Origin: Crocinitomicaceae bacterium
Lineage (GTDB): Bacteria > Bacteroidota > Bacteroidia > Flavobacteriales_D > Crocinitomicaceae
Length of the DNA stretch: 34,556 nucleotides
Assembly: GCA_023264075.1 (NCBI GenBank)
Contig: JALQTG010000267.1
Coordinates: 1-34,556, forward strand
Direction of reading: 5' to 3'
Shown here: positions 15,662-26,754 of the stretch, in pieces
Layout: the number at the start of each line of letters is the position of its first letter
How positions within the stretch are numbered: position 1 is the stretch's first letter
Notes under the pieces: model-generated
Seen by the model: the letters and a program-made list of their open reading frames with translations, nothing else
Databases searched by the model: none
What the model was told of the DNA's origin: nothing
Program-made: the position numbers and the translations under genes

Positions 15662-15853
15662 ATGGCACATCCTAAGAGAAGAACGTCGACAACAAGACGT
15701 GATAAAAGAAGAACTCATGTGAAGGCGGTTGCAGGAAACATCGCAACTTGCCCTACTACGGGTCAACCACATTTATTCCACCGTGCACACTGGCATGAAG
15801 GAAAATTGTATTACAAAGGTCAGGTAATCGCAGAAAAAGAAGTTGCGGTTTAA
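15662..15853 (+). CDS. rpmF: 50S ribosomal protein L32
   Basis: 63 aa beginning [19 protein letters not shown]. It has a single Cys, so it is the form without a Cys4 zinc ribbon. Confidence 0.95.
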   Translation: MAHPKRRTSTTRRDKRRTHVKAVAGNIATCPTTGQPHLFHRAHWHEGKLYYKGQVIAEKEVAV

Positions 15854-15891
15854 TCATTCCGTAGTAGTGAATTAATAATTTTTCACTCCTA

Positions 15892-16830
15892 ATGAGAATA
15901 GCTATAGATATTAGTGGCGGAGATTTTGCTCCTAGTGCGAACGTGCTAGGAGCAATTCTTGCTCAAAAGGAGCTTCCTTCTGATGTAAGGCTCGTATTAA
16001 TTGGACGTGAAGAAGAAATCCTTGAAACGCTTGCGCAAGAGCAAGTCGCTCCAGAACTTTTCGACATCGTTCATGCGCCAGATATCATTACCATGCACGA
16101 TCACCCGACTCGTGCAATCCCTCAAAAACCACAGAGTTCCATTTCCGTAGGCTTTCAGTTATTAGCCAATAAAGAAATTCAATCCTTCGCTAGCACCGGA
16201 AACACGGGGGCTATGCTAGTGGGATCCATTTATAAAGTCAATTCCATTCCAGGAGTTATACGGCCATGTATCACTTCTTTGCTACCAAATATAGACGGGG
16301 GAAGTTCACTTATCCTTGACGTTGGTTCGAATGCAGACTGCAAGCCAGATGTACTTTACCAATTTGCTATTTTAGGCTCCTTGTATGCAAAAAACGTGTT
16401 GCAAATTGAGGCTCCAAAGGTGGCATTATTAAACATCGGAGAAGAAGAGTCTAAGGGGAACTTATTGACGCAATCTACCTATAAGCTCATGGATGGCTCA
16501 GATGATTTCAACTTCATTGGAAACATTGAAGGCCGAGATATCTTTACCGGTAAGGCAGATGTAGTAGTGTGCGACGGGTTTACCGGCAACGTAGTCTTAA
16601 AAGAAGCTGAGGGGCTCTATACCTTGATGAAAAAGCGGGGAATCCATGATGAATATTTCGATCGGTTCAATTATGAGAACTACGGAGGAACGCCCATTCT
16701 TGGTGTGAACTCTGATGTCATCATTGGACATGGAATCTCAAATGACATTGCCGTTAAAAACATGCTGATTCATGCATATGATGTTGCAAGCTCAGAGTTG
16801 ACAAAGAAAATTAAAGAAGCATTTAAATAA
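15892..16830 (+). CDS. plsX: phosphate acyltransferase PlsX
   Basis: 312 aa. Signatures are [20 protein letters not shown] and [13 protein letters not shown]. Confidence 0.95.
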   Translation: MRIAIDISGGDFAPSANVLGAILAQKELPSDVRLVLIGREEEILETLAQEQVAPELFDIVHAPDIITMHDHPTRAIPQKPQSSISVGFQLLANKEIQSFASTGNTGAMLVGSIYKVNSIPGVIRPCITSLLPNIDGGSSLILDVGSNADCKPDVLYQFAILGSLYAKNVLQIEAPKVALLNIGEEESKGNLLTQSTYKLMDGSDDFNFIGNIEGRDIFTGKADVVVCDGFTGNVVLKEAEGLYTLMKKRGIHDEYFDRFNYENYGGTPILGVNSDVIIGHGISNDIAVKNMLIHAYDVASSELTKKIKEAFK

Positions 16831-16831
16831 T

Positions 16832-17821
16832 ATGACGAAAATTACTGCAGCGATTACAGGTGTTCAAGGTTACGTACCCGAAAAAGTGATGACAAATTTC
16901 GATTTAGAAAAAATCATCGACACTACGGACGAGTGGATAACGACGCGCACAGGAATAAAAGAACGTCATATTCTAGAAAACGGGGCTACCTCTGATATGG
17001 GGGCTGCTGCTGTTCAGCAATTACTAGAAAAAAAAGGTATTGATCCGATGGAAATCGACCTCGTGATATGTGGTACTGTAACCCCGGATCATCCATTTCC
17101 TTCCACAGCAAATATTATTTCCGATAAAACGGGCATGAAAAACGCCTGGAGCTTTGACGTGAATGCTGCGTGTTCAGGATTTTTATACGCACTGACTACA
17201 GGGTCTCAATTCATTGAAACCGGAAAGTACAAAAAGGTAATCGTTATTGGCGCTGATAAGATGAGCTCAATCATTGATTACGAAGACCGCGCAACATGTG
17301 TTATATTTGGTGATGGCGGGGGAGCTGTTCTATTAGAGCCAAACATTGAAGGACTCGGAGTTATTGACTCCATTCTTCATAGTGACGGTAGCGGACGTAA
17401 ATATTTGGTTCAACCAGCAGGAGGAAGTTTAAACCCTCCGACACACGAAACTGTAGAAAAAAGAATGCACTATGTGCATCAAGAAGGTCAGGCTGTCTTC
17501 AAATTTGCTGTAACGAATATGGCTGATGTTTCCGCAGCCATTATGGAAAAGAATAACCTATCGAGTGATGATGTGAATTGGCTCGTTCCTCACCAAGCGA
17601 ACTTAAGGATTATTGATGCAACCGCCAACCGCATGGGTTTATCAAAAGAAAAGGTGATGATTAACATCCAGAAATACGGCAATACAACCGCTGGAACTCT
17701 GCCTCTTTGCCTTTGGGATTGGGAAAAACAATTGAAAAAAGGAGACAACATTATTCTCTCTGCTTTTGGAGGAGGTTTCACATGGGGAGCCATTTATTTG
17801 AAGTGGGCGTATAATTCATAA
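16832..17821 (+). CDS. fabH: 3-oxoacyl-ACP synthase III
   Basis: 329 aa with the catalytic triad context AACSGF (Cys), VPHQANLRI (His) and YGNTTAGT (Asn). It starts 1 nt after the plsX stop. Confidence 0.95.
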   Translation: MTKITAAITGVQGYVPEKVMTNFDLEKIIDTTDEWITTRTGIKERHILENGATSDMGAAAVQQLLEKKGIDPMEIDLVICGTVTPDHPFPSTANIISDKTGMKNAWSFDVNAACSGFLYALTTGSQFIETGKYKKVIVIGADKMSSIIDYEDRATCVIFGDGGGAVLLEPNIEGLGVIDSILHSDGSGRKYLVQPAGGSLNPPTHETVEKRMHYVHQEGQAVFKFAVTNMADVSAAIMEKNNLSSDDVNWLVPHQANLRIIDATANRMGLSKEKVMINIQKYGNTTAGTLPLCLWDWEKQLKKGDNIILSAFGGGFTWGAIYLKWAYNS

Positions 17822-17858
17822 ACTTTAGTATATTTACCCTCAACAAAATTTCATAATT

Positions 17859-18362
17859 ATGAATCTAAATGAAATTCAAGATCTTATAAAGTTCGTCGCA
17901 AAATCAGGAGTAACTGAAGTTGAAATCGAGGAAAAAGATTTTAAGATTACGATTAAAACAGAAAACAAAAAAGCTAAAAAAGAGGAACAAACGATTTATG
18001 TTCAACAGCCAATGATGCAGCAAATGCCTCAGGTTCAACAGGCCGCGCCTGCACCTGCACCAGCAGTAGCTGCGCCAGCTCCTGCAACTCCTGCGGCTTC
18101 TGCCCCAGAGGCTAGTGACAACTACATCACTGTTAAATCTCCAATGATTGGTACTTTTTACCGCTCACCATCTCCAGACAAACCTGCTTTCTTTGAAGTT
18201 GGTGATACTATTAAGCCAGGAGATACAGTATGTATTATCGAAGCAATGAAATTGTTCAATGAAATCGAATCAGAAGTAGCTGGTAAAATTGTAAAAGTAT
18301 TGGTTGACGATGCTTCTCCAGTGGAATATGATCAACCATTATTTTTGGTTGAACCAGCTTAA
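17859..18362 (+). CDS. accB: acetyl-CoA carboxylase biotin carboxyl carrier protein
   Basis: 167 aa with a Pro/Ala-rich linker and the biotinylation motif CIIEAMKLFNEIE. Confidence 0.95.
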   Translation: MNLNEIQDLIKFVAKSGVTEVEIEEKDFKITIKTENKKAKKEEQTIYVQQPMMQQMPQVQQAAPAPAPAVAAPAPATPAASAPEASDNYITVKSPMIGTFYRSPSPDKPAFFEVGDTIKPGDTVCIIEAMKLFNEIESEVAGKIVKVLVDDASPVEYDQPLFLVEPA

Positions 18363-18396
18363 GTAATTAAACGTTTAACGAATTAACCCAACAGGC

Positions 18397-19731
18397 ATGT
18401 TCAAAAAAATATTGATTGCCAATAGGGGCGAAATAGCTTTGCGTGTTATTAGAACATGTAAGGAAATGGGCATTAAAACTGTCGCTGTTTATAGCACAGC
18501 AGATAAAGACAGTTTACATGTTCGATTCGCCGATGAGGCTGTATGTATTGGTCCACCACCAAGTTCCAAGTCGTACTTACAAATACCAAATATAATTGCT
18601 GCGGCAGAAATCACTAATGCTGACGCCATACACCCAGGTTATGGGTTTTTATCCGAGAATGCTAAATTCTCTAAAGTATGTCAAGAACATAACATCAAGT
18701 TCATTGGGGCTACACCAGAGCAAATTGATGGAATGGGAGATAAAGCGACCGCAAAAGCGACAATGATTGCAGCCGGCGTACCTTGTATACCTGGATCAAA
18801 AGGACTTATAAAGGATGTCGCTGATGCGAAAGCTCAAGCAGCGAAAATAAAATATCCCGTCATCATCAAAGCAACCGCTGGTGGTGGTGGAAAAGGGATG
18901 CGTATTGTTTGGAAAGAAGAAGACATGCAAAAGCATTGGGATTCTGCCAAACAAGAAGCGGCGGCAGCATTCGGAAATGACGGCATTTATATGGAAAAAT
19001 ACATTGAAGAGCCGCGTCACATTGAAATCCAAATTGCTGGTGATCAATTCGGAACAGTATGTCACCTTTCCGAACGCGATTGCTCCATTCAACGACGTCA
19101 TCAGAAGCTAGTAGAAGAAACGCCATCCCCTTTCATGACAGACGCTCTTCGTAAAAAAATGGGAGAAGCTGCTAAAAAAGCTGCTGCTGCTGTGAAGTAT
19201 GAAGGAGTTGGAACTGTAGAGTTCTTAGTGGATAAAAACCGTGATTTCTATTTCATGGAAATGAACACGCGTATCCAGGTAGAACATACGATTACAGAAG
19301 AAGTAATCAACTACGACCTTATCAAGGAACAAATCAAAATAGCTGCTGGTGAAAAAATTAGTGGTAAGGATTATTTCCCAACGATGCACGCCATCCAGTG
19401 TCGTATCAATGCAGAAGACCCGTACAATGATTTCCGACCATCACCAGGAAAAATTACAGAATACCACGAGCCAGGTGGCCACGGATTACGTATTGACACT
19501 CATGTGTACGCTGGATATACCATACCTCCACACTATGATTCCATGATTGCCAAACTTATTACTGTGGCACAAACACGTGAGGAAGCCATTCTAAAAATGC
19601 GTCGTGCGCTGGATGAATATATTGTTGAAGGTGTGAAAAGCACCATTCCTTTCCATAGAAAATTGATGGTAAACGAAGATTTCAACAACGGAAACTTCAC
19701 CACTAAATTCATGGATAGCTTTGAATTTTAA
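18397..19731 (+). CDS. accC: acetyl-CoA carboxylase biotin carboxylase subunit
   Basis: 444 aa. Signatures are [11 protein letters not shown], the ATP-grasp loop GGGGKGMR and [10 protein letters not shown]. Confidence 0.95.
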   Translation: MFKKILIANRGEIALRVIRTCKEMGIKTVAVYSTADKDSLHVRFADEAVCIGPPPSSKSYLQIPNIIAAAEITNADAIHPGYGFLSENAKFSKVCQEHNIKFIGATPEQIDGMGDKATAKATMIAAGVPCIPGSKGLIKDVADAKAQAAKIKYPVIIKATAGGGGKGMRIVWKEEDMQKHWDSAKQEAAAAFGNDGIYMEKYIEEPRHIEIQIAGDQFGTVCHLSERDCSIQRRHQKLVEETPSPFMTDALRKKMGEAAKKAAAAVKYEGVGTVEFLVDKNRDFYFMEMNTRIQVEHTITEEVINYDLIKEQIKIAAGEKISGKDYFPTMHAIQCRINAEDPYNDFRPSPGKITEYHEPGGHGLRIDTHVYAGYTIPPHYDSMIAKLITVAQTREEAILKMRRALDEYIVEGVKSTIPFHRKLMVNEDFNNGNFTTKFMDSFEF

Positions 19732-19736
19732 TCCAA

Positions 19737-19777
19737 TAAAAAGCCCCGAAAGTATTTATGTTCTGGGCTTTTTTTAT
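19737..19777. terminator. bidirectional rho-independent terminator shared by accC (+) and metG (-)
   Basis: aaaaagccc (19737-19746) pairs with gggcttttt (19765-19773). An A run lies upstream and a T run downstream, so the hairpin is followed by U residues in either orientation. Confidence 0.7.
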
Positions 19778-19798
19778 TTTATACTTTCTGCACGGTGT

Positions 19799-21859
19799 TT
19801 AACGCACGGTACTTCCTGGTTCTATTGCTGACTCCGGAGACACAAAGCATAATTTTCCTTCGCTGTTCTCCGCCATTAAAATCATCCCCTGAGATTCTAC
19901 ACCGCGTATTTTACGTGGTGCGAGATTCAGTAAAACCGTTACCTGTTTACCAATGATTTCTTCTGGGCCATAGTGTTCCGCGATTCCTGAAATAATGGTC
20001 CGTTGATCAACACCTGTATCTACAGTAAGTTGCAACAGTTTGTCTGCCTTTTTAACTTTTTCTGCATGAAGAATAGTTCCTATACGAATATCCATCTTCG
20101 TAAAGTCATCAAACTCAACAAGGTCTTTTTGAGGAACCACTGTTTGGGCTTCAGTTGACTCTTTCGTGGCAAAAAGTAATGCCTGTTCATACTGAACCAT
20201 ATCGTCATCAATCTTCTCAAATAAAATGGTCGGCGAATTGATCTGTGTTCCTGGTTTTATCAAAGCATCAATAGTCAGGCTTTCCCAATCACAACCATTC
20301 ATTGCTAAAAACCTTCTTAACTTTTGCGCCGTATCTGGTAAGAAAGGCTCCAACAAAACACTTAATCCACCCGTTATTTGCAATGCCACGTACATTATGG
20401 TTTTAACACGATCTGGATCCGTCTTTTGTAACTTCCACGGCTCCATATCAGCTAGGTACTTATTTCCAAGACGGGCTAAATTCATAGCCTCACTCTGTGC
20501 TTCACGAATCTTATAGTCGTACAATAGACGTTCTATCTTCGCTGGACATGCTTTCATCGTATCTAGTACCAAAAGATCTTCCGTCGTAAACGCACCATGC
20601 TCAGGAATTATTCCTTCGTAATATTTATGCGTCAACACCAATGCTCTGTTTACAAAATTACCCAACACATCTGCGAGCTCATTATTCACTCTGTTTTGGT
20701 ATTCTATCCATGTAAACTCGCTGTCCTTACTCTCAGGAGCGATTGCAGTTAATGTATATTTCAGTTCGTCAATTTTTGTAGGATAACGCTCCAAGTACTC
20801 ATGCAGCCATACCGCCCAATTACGAGAAGTGGAAAACTTATCTCCCTCCAAGTTTAAAAACTCCGATGCTGGCACATTGTCGGGAAGTATGAAACCCCCG
20901 TGTTCTTTCAAAATAATGGGAAAAATAATCGCATGGAAAACAATGTTATCCTTACCAATAAAATGAACGAGTTTGCTGTCACCCTTCCAATAGTCTTCCC
21001 AATTTTTATTATTATCGAGCGCCCATTGTTTCGTTGCTGAAATATATCCAATCGGGGCATCCAGCCAAACATAAAGCACCTTTCCATCTGCGCCGTCTAT
21101 TGGAACTGTTACTCCCCAGTCTAAGTCTCTTGTCATCGCACGTGGTTTAAGACCACCATCAATCCAACTCATGCACTGACCCACAACCTGATTTCTCCAT
21201 TTCTTTGGATCGTGTTGCTGCTCACCATCTAAAACACCTTCTTTGATCCATGGTCTTAACCAGTCTTCATGCTTTTCCATCGGCAAATACCAGTGTGAAG
21301 TATCCCTCATTTTTGGGGGCTTACCACTTAACGTTGATACAGGATTGATTAAGTCTGAGGGACTCAGGGAAGATCCGCATTTCTCGCACTGGTCGCCGTA
21401 AGCCGAAGCATAATGACAATTTGGGCACTCACCCGTAATATATCGATCTGCTAAAAACTGGTCGTACTCTTCGTCATAAAACTGCTCACTTTTGAGCTGA
21501 GTAAATTTTCCTTCAGCATTTAATTTCGTAAAAAACTCCTGAGCTGTTTTCTTGTGCAGCTCCGAGGAGGTTCTATGAAAGATATCGAATTTGATGTTGA
21601 AGTTTTTGAAGGAATTCGCCAAAACGCGGTGATACTTATCGACAATCTCCTGTGGGGTAATCCCCTCTTTTTTTGCGCGCAAAGTAATCGCAGCACCATG
21701 CTCATCGCTACCGCAAATAAACGCGACATCGTGTCCTTTTAATCGCAAAAAGCGAACAAAGATATCAGCAGGAAGATAAACGCCTGCAACGTGACCCAAA
21801 TGCAGAGGTCCATTCGAATATGGAAGTGCGGCTGTAACTGTATAGCGAGCTTTCGTCAT
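19799..21859 (-). CDS. metG: methionyl-tRNA synthetase with a C-terminal tRNA-binding (Trbp111-like) domain
   Basis: It has the HIGH motif (PLHLGHVAG), a zinc knuckle (CPNCHYASAYGDQCEKCG), the KMSKS variant (KFSTSRN) and a C-terminal DIRIGTILHAEKV domain. The ATG at 21859 (MTKARYTVTAALPY) is preferred over the 33-codon upstream extension in the track. Confidence 0.95.
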   Translation of the reverse strand: MTKARYTVTAALPYSNGPLHLGHVAGVYLPADIFVRFLRLKGHDVAFICGSDEHGAAITLRAKKEGITPQEIVDKYHRVLANSFKNFNIKFDIFHRTSSELHKKTAQEFFTKLNAEGKFTQLKSEQFYDEEYDQFLADRYITGECPNCHYASAYGDQCEKCGSSLSPSDLINPVSTLSGKPPKMRDTSHWYLPMEKHEDWLRPWIKEGVLDGEQQHDPKKWRNQVVGQCMSWIDGGLKPRAMTRDLDWGVTVPIDGADGKVLYVWLDAPIGYISATKQWALDNNKNWEDYWKGDSKLVHFIGKDNIVFHAIIFPIILKEHGGFILPDNVPASEFLNLEGDKFSTSRNWAVWLHEYLERYPTKIDELKYTLTAIAPESKDSEFTWIEYQNRVNNELADVLGNFVNRALVLTHKYYEGIIPEHGAFTTEDLLVLDTMKACPAKIERLLYDYKIREAQSEAMNLARLGNKYLADMEPWKLQKTDPDRVKTIMYVALQITGGLSVLLEPFLPDTAQKLRRFLAMNGCDWESLTIDALIKPGTQINSPTILFEKIDDDMVQYEQALLFATKESTEAQTVVPQKDLVEFDDFTKMDIRIGTILHAEKVKKADKLLQLTVDTGVDQRTIISGIAEHYGPEEIIGKQVTVLLNLAPRKIRGVESQGMILMAENSEGKLCFVSPESAIEPGSTVR

Positions 21860-21880
21860 GAATATCAACTTTAATTCGCA

Positions 21881-21888
21881 CAAAGATA
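21881..21888 (-). promoter_or_regulatory. candidate -7 promoter box (TATCTTTG) for metG
   Basis: The minus-strand sequence TATCTTTG lies 21 nt upstream of ATG 21859. Confidence 0.35.
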
Positions 21889-21917
21889 GTTGAATGATTC
21901 TATTCTTAAAACATCGG

Positions 21918-24719
21918 CTACTCAGAAAGCTCCAATCGGTAATTAATTCCTTTTTCAACCGCAGGCAATCCTTCTTTTAGCCAAATCGGCGCTGGCTCAT
22001 TCAATAAATAATGATCAAAGAACTGCCGCATACGAATACTTAGGTCACGACGGTTAGCGTCCTTCATTAAATTATGGTCATCCCCATTGTAATTCAACAT
22101 CCAAACCGGTTTTCCTAATCGCTTCATCCCTACAAACAGCTCAATTCCTTGATACCATGGCACGGCCCCATCGCCGTCATTGTGCATAATAAGTAGCGGT
22201 GTTTGAACCTTTGGCAAATGGAATAACGGCGAATTTTCCACATACAATTCTGGTGCTTCCCATATGGTTTTACCAATTCTACTTTGCGACTTTTCGTATT
22301 GAAACTGGCGGTTTAAACCACTTCCCCATCGAATTCCTCCATACGCAGAAAACATATTACTTACCGGAGCTCCCGCCATTGCGGCCTTATACCTTGTCGT
22401 CATGGTAATCAATTGAGCGGTTTGATATCCTCCCCATGATTGACCTTGCAATCCCATTCTCGTAGAGTCAATATTGGGATACTTTTTTAGCACCACATCC
22501 GTACCACTCATAATACAATCGTATGCTCCACGCGCTGGATATCCGGCATCGTATCGGATATCTGGCATAAACACAACGTAACCCGCAGATGTGTATTCCG
22601 TTGCATAAATAATTGATGCCGTAGGCTTTGGTATGTAGTGAACGTTTTTACGGTCGGCATACAATTCATAAAAATAAACGATCATTGGATAGTCTTTATT
22701 CGGGTCAAAATCGTCTGGTTTATACACCAATCCCTCCAAGTCCTTTCCTGCGTATGACTTCCATGAGATCAATTCTACTGTTGGCCAGCGGTATTCTGCT
22801 TGTTGAGGGTTAGCTGTAGATATTTTTTGAGCGGATTCAAATGTTGGAGTGGTCACATACACATCAGGGTAATCCGTCACGTTCATTTTTTGATATATCA
22901 CAGTTGAGCCACCTTCTGACCGCGTAATGTTCACTAATTTATGCGGAGTGTCCAACAATTGAGTCACATCATTCATGCGTTCGTTTTCTTCTAACCGATA
23001 GATGCGTTCATCTTTTGTTCCTTTATCGAATCCTTTGATATAAGAGCGTTGCTTATCAATAAACACACTATCACGGTCCCAGCTTACCATGCGCAACTCC
23101 GTGTTCATATACTTACCACGTCCTACCGTCAAACATTTCAGTTTCTTTGCTGCCAAATCATATTCCCACACATCGAATTCTGAATGCAGAATAAATGACT
23201 TTTCGCGGTGCGTATAGCCCAAGGGACGAATTGGAGTAGGGTCATGCGGCATTCCATTTACATCTTCTTCCCACACTTCTTTGTTCTCTGTAAAACACGT
23301 CATGCAGTGTTCTTGACCAGTTTTTAAATCCATCAAGCGAAAGCTCTGAGAAGGATTGTCGTAATATACGAAATAATTACCGAGCGGAGATAATCCGTCT
23401 GCGTAACCAACTTTCTCTTTGATTAACTCTGTTTTCCCACTGGATATATCAACACGGTAATAATCCCTGGGCCAAGGATAATTCCAATTGTATGTTTTCT
23501 CATAACGGATGTTGCTGGTGCCTTGAGCATAATTTGAATTCCCTTTATTCAACGTAGAAACAGAAAGTGTATCGTCTTCGAGCACTACCAAATTATTGGA
23601 TACAAGATCGATTACGGCCAAATATGTCTTATTCTCTTCTCGTTTTCTTCTGAGCAACTGCTGCGGCTGTAATTGGTGATCCTCATAATGCCAAACATCC
23701 AGCTTTGCCTTTTCAGTATCCAGTAGCGTATCCTTTTCTTTTTGTTTCGGTGGTTCTTTTAGTCCGAGATAAAGTCGTTTTCCGTTTTGTGAAAAATAGG
23801 GCGTGGCAAAGTTGCTTGCGGCCATCCCATCTGGTAAATCTGCACGATTCGTATCCACACAAAGCTGTGGGGAATCTACCTTCAAATCCCATAAGTACAG
23901 GTCATACAACTTATTTTTACTCGTATCTTGGGTCGCTAAAAACCCCATCTTGGGTTCCTTTTCGGAAAAGCTATACCTTCCAAGGGCTTGAAAAGCGGAG
24001 GATGTATTTTGATTCCCTTTATTCAAGTTCACACTATGAAGTAATACACTATCTCCCCCCTTAACCTTAAATGCCGTTGAAAATGTCAGGTATTCTCCCG
24101 TTTCATCAAATGCATATTCAGCTACGTTTTTAAACTCTCGTGAACTCCCTTCAGACGTATTCAACAACGTTAGTAGTGTGCCATCAGATTTTACAGGGGC
24201 AACAATCGGTTTTTTCTTCTTGAATATGCGCTTCTTTTCTTTTTTCGAAACACCTTCTTCTTTACCGTTCTCATACGACAAATATGCCACCCAACTACCA
24301 CTTTTCGCCAATGTGAATGACTTTATTTTGGGAAGTTTAACTAGACTATCTTTCGATAAATATAAAATCCCCAAAGAATCTTTGACCCATTTATCTTTCT
24401 TCACCTTCTCCAGCTCTAGCGTTCTTAAAGTATCATAACCAGGGTCTATCAAAAACACAAAAACATCCTCCGAAGGACTTACTTCACCTCTTTTTCCACG
24501 TGGAATCGAATCCAGTTCGCTTTTGCGTTGATCATAGATATACAAAAATCCATCTCCTCGATGAGGATTCAACTCGTAATGTACGAAGTTTCCATGGGCA
24601 GAAGGAGTTGCTTTCGCAATAGACTTCCATTGACTGTAAACAGTATGATCGATTGTTTTTTTCTGCCCAAATACAAATGAAATTGAAAGTATCAGAAAAT
24701 AAAAAAATACATATTTCAT
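21918..24719 (-). CDS. S9-family (prolyl oligopeptidase / dipeptidyl peptidase type) serine peptidase, long form
   Basis: 933 aa with a signal peptide (MKYVFFYFLILSISFVFGQ) and a long beta-propeller-like N-terminal region. The C-terminal alpha/beta hydrolase domain carries the nucleophile motif GLQGQSWGGY, then HNDGDGAVP (Asp) and GDDHNL (His). Confidence 0.85.
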   Translation of the reverse strand: MKYVFFYFLILSISFVFGQKKTIDHTVYSQWKSIAKATPSAHGNFVHYELNPHRGDGFLYIYDQRKSELDSIPRGKRGEVSPSEDVFVFLIDPGYDTLRTLELEKVKKDKWVKDSLGILYLSKDSLVKLPKIKSFTLAKSGSWVAYLSYENGKEEGVSKKEKKRIFKKKKPIVAPVKSDGTLLTLLNTSEGSSREFKNVAEYAFDETGEYLTFSTAFKVKGGDSVLLHSVNLNKGNQNTSSAFQALGRYSFSEKEPKMGFLATQDTSKNKLYDLYLWDLKVDSPQLCVDTNRADLPDGMAASNFATPYFSQNGKRLYLGLKEPPKQKEKDTLLDTEKAKLDVWHYEDHQLQPQQLLRRKREENKTYLAVIDLVSNNLVVLEDDTLSVSTLNKGNSNYAQGTSNIRYEKTYNWNYPWPRDYYRVDISSGKTELIKEKVGYADGLSPLGNYFVYYDNPSQSFRLMDLKTGQEHCMTCFTENKEVWEEDVNGMPHDPTPIRPLGYTHREKSFILHSEFDVWEYDLAAKKLKCLTVGRGKYMNTELRMVSWDRDSVFIDKQRSYIKGFDKGTKDERIYRLEENERMNDVTQLLDTPHKLVNITRSEGGSTVIYQKMNVTDYPDVYVTTPTFESAQKISTANPQQAEYRWPTVELISWKSYAGKDLEGLVYKPDDFDPNKDYPMIVYFYELYADRKNVHYIPKPTASIIYATEYTSAGYVVFMPDIRYDAGYPARGAYDCIMSGTDVVLKKYPNIDSTRMGLQGQSWGGYQTAQLITMTTRYKAAMAGAPVSNMFSAYGGIRWGSGLNRQFQYEKSQSRIGKTIWEAPELYVENSPLFHLPKVQTPLLIMHNDGDGAVPWYQGIELFVGMKRLGKPVWMLNYNGDDHNLMKDANRRDLSIRMRQFFDHYLLNEPAPIWLKEGLPAVEKGINYRLELSE

Positions 24720-24883
24720 AGACGAACAGATTTGATTTTGCGATGATAAGAATACGAAAGATTTTTTAATTCATCGCCATACTAACCATATGTGGTGCCG
24801 TTACGTTTCTTACAATTAAACAAACAATCTGTTAAAAATAATAGGATAGTTTTGGAATAACTTTTCGTTTTCCAAGGATTGTT

Positions 24884-24891
24884 TATATTTG
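24884..24891 (+). promoter_or_regulatory. candidate -7 promoter box (TATATTTG) for the T9SS cargo gene, overlapped by a 14-bp perfect palindrome
   Basis: TATATTTG lies 22 nt upstream of ATG 24914. The palindrome atttgttaacaaat spans 24887-24900. Confidence 0.4.
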
Positions 24892-24913
24892 TTAACAAAT
24901 AATTAATTAAGCT

Positions 24914-26737
24914 ATGAAAAAAATTTATTTAAGTGCTTTAGCCCTTGGTCTTGGGACTTTAGCGTTTGGGCAGGTGAAACAACCAGCTTTAAATTCTGCG
25001 GTTAGCAAGGCAAAACCTGTTAACGCAACAACTCAAGCCCCAGGTGAAAAAGCCTTAGGTGTAGTAATTTGGTCGGATGATTTCTCTTCTGCTGCAGGTT
25101 GGACAATCGACAACAACGGTATTACCGGTGCTGCTTACGGATGGAACATCGATGCTGTGAACAGTGGGTGGTACAACGATCCTATAGCCTCTCCTTCTGG
25201 AGCAAATGGTTACGCAGAGTTGAACAACGGTGCTACACCAAACAGCTCAGAAGAAATTAACGTGGTTTACACCATGACTTCTGCCGCTCCTATAAACATC
25301 ACTGCATCGGGTGGTAGTGAATTTGTAAATCTTGAGTTTTACCAAAATGGTGCGCGTTTTAACGATGACCAATACGTAGAAATTAGTACTGATGGAACGA
25401 ACTTCGTGCGTGTATATGATAACTCAGGAAAAGAAGTGTTATCTGCTTCTGGAGGTTCTGCATATCCAAACCCAGACTTTATTCAAGTGAATTTAACACC
25501 TTACTTGAGTGCAACTCCTGGCGATATTTGGATTCGTTTTGGATGGACTTCTGCTTTCCCTACTAATCAAACTCTTCCAGCTTGGATTACTTACGGATGG
25601 CAAATTGATGATATCGCATTGAGAACTTTATCTGATAACGATATCGAATTGTCTGGATTGTACTATGGATCTGAAGGTTTGTACTACCACCAAATTCCTG
25701 TAGCACAGATTGCACCGATTGACTTTTCTATCGAGGCTTTCAATAAAGGATCACAAACTCAAACTGGTGTTACATTAACAGCAACTGAAACAGGAGGATC
25801 TGGTTTTTCATCTACTTCTACTGCTGCAACGATTGCATCATTAGATACTGCTACATTAGTTGCTGGTCCATTTACTCCTGCTGGAATCGGATCTTACTCT
25901 TTTGATTTTGCTTATGCTGCTGATGCAACAGATGATGTTCCTGCGAACAACGATATCAGCGCTGCTGGTTACGATTTCGAAGTAGGTCAAAATATCTATG
26001 CACGTGATAACGGTACTCCATCTGGTTCATACAACTTCGGTGGAACAGATCCTTTCGAATTCGGTAACCTTTACGACATCTTCACAACTGCTGACTTGAC
26101 GGCTATCAATGTACGTTTAGCAACTACTAGTCCAGTTGGAATGGAAATCGTTGGTAAAGTTTATGACTTGTCTACTGGAGATTTCGTATTCTTTGGTGAA
26201 ACTGATCCATACGTAGTAGCTGCCGGAGATCCAGGTACAGAATTAGTATTGCCTTTCAGTGCTCCACTTACGTTAACTGCTGCTGCTCCATACACTACTT
26301 ACTTAGTAGTTGTTGGTTCTTTTGAGCCAGGATTAGCGATTAGTACTGCTGGTTCTTCTGCACCACAAACAACGTTTGCATATGATATCAATGCAGATAT
26401 CTGGTACTACTCTACTACAACTCCTCATGTACGCATGAACTTTGACCCAACAGTTTCTTTGACTGAAACTGCTGCAAATGAGTTGAACGTTTCTACTTAC
26501 CCTAACCCAACGGCAACTTCAACTACTGTTGAATACACATTGCAAAATGCAAGTGATGTATCTTACAAGTTAGTAGATGCTGCTGGACAAACGGTAATGT
26601 CTGTAACAGAAAACAATGTACAAGCTGGGTCAAACCAAATCAATGTTGATGCTGCTGCATTAGCTAATGGTATCTACCACTTTACAATCTCAACAAATGA
26701 CGCAACAGTTACGCGTAAAATTGTTGTAAGCAAATAA
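24914..26737 (+). CDS. secreted protein with a T9SS (Por) type-A C-terminal sorting domain; the N-terminal domain resembles choice-of-anchor-J/MAM-like domains
   Basis: 607 aa with signal peptide MKKIYLSALALGLGTLAFGQ. The N-terminal region reads WSDDFSSAAGWTIDNNG..GWN. The C-terminal roughly 80 aa read LNVSTYPNPTATSTTVEYTL..NGIYHFTISTNDATVTRKIVVSK, typical of TIGR04183-type CTDs. Confidence 0.8.
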   Translation: MKKIYLSALALGLGTLAFGQVKQPALNSAVSKAKPVNATTQAPGEKALGVVIWSDDFSSAAGWTIDNNGITGAAYGWNIDAVNSGWYNDPIASPSGANGYAELNNGATPNSSEEINVVYTMTSAAPINITASGGSEFVNLEFYQNGARFNDDQYVEISTDGTNFVRVYDNSGKEVLSASGGSAYPNPDFIQVNLTPYLSATPGDIWIRFGWTSAFPTNQTLPAWITYGWQIDDIALRTLSDNDIELSGLYYGSEGLYYHQIPVAQIAPIDFSIEAFNKGSQTQTGVTLTATETGGSGFSSTSTAATIASLDTATLVAGPFTPAGIGSYSFDFAYAADATDDVPANNDISAAGYDFEVGQNIYARDNGTPSGSYNFGGTDPFEFGNLYDIFTTADLTAINVRLATTSPVGMEIVGKVYDLSTGDFVFFGETDPYVVAAGDPGTELVLPFSAPLTLTAAAPYTTYLVVVGSFEPGLAISTAGSSAPQTTFAYDINADIWYYSTTTPHVRMNFDPTVSLTETAANELNVSTYPNPTATSTTVEYTLQNASDVSYKLVDAAGQTVMSVTENNVQAGSNQINVDAAALANGIYHFTISTNDATVTRKIVVSK

Positions 26738-26754
26738 GCTTTATATTAGTTAAC

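Noticed and set aside
18040-18115. Locally GC-rich repetitive tract (gcacctgcaccagcagtagctgcgccagctcctgca...).
   Set aside because: It encodes the normal Pro/Ala-rich flexible linker of AccB (AAPAPAPAVAAPAPATPAASAP). It is not a DNA repeat element.
21918-24719. The unusual length (933 aa) and a Lys-rich segment (KKEKKRIFKKKKP) in the S9 peptidase.
   Set aside because: Long S9 peptidases with extended propeller regions appear, from memory, to be common in Bacteroidota. The catalytic Ser-Asp-His motifs are intact, so nothing points to a novel function.
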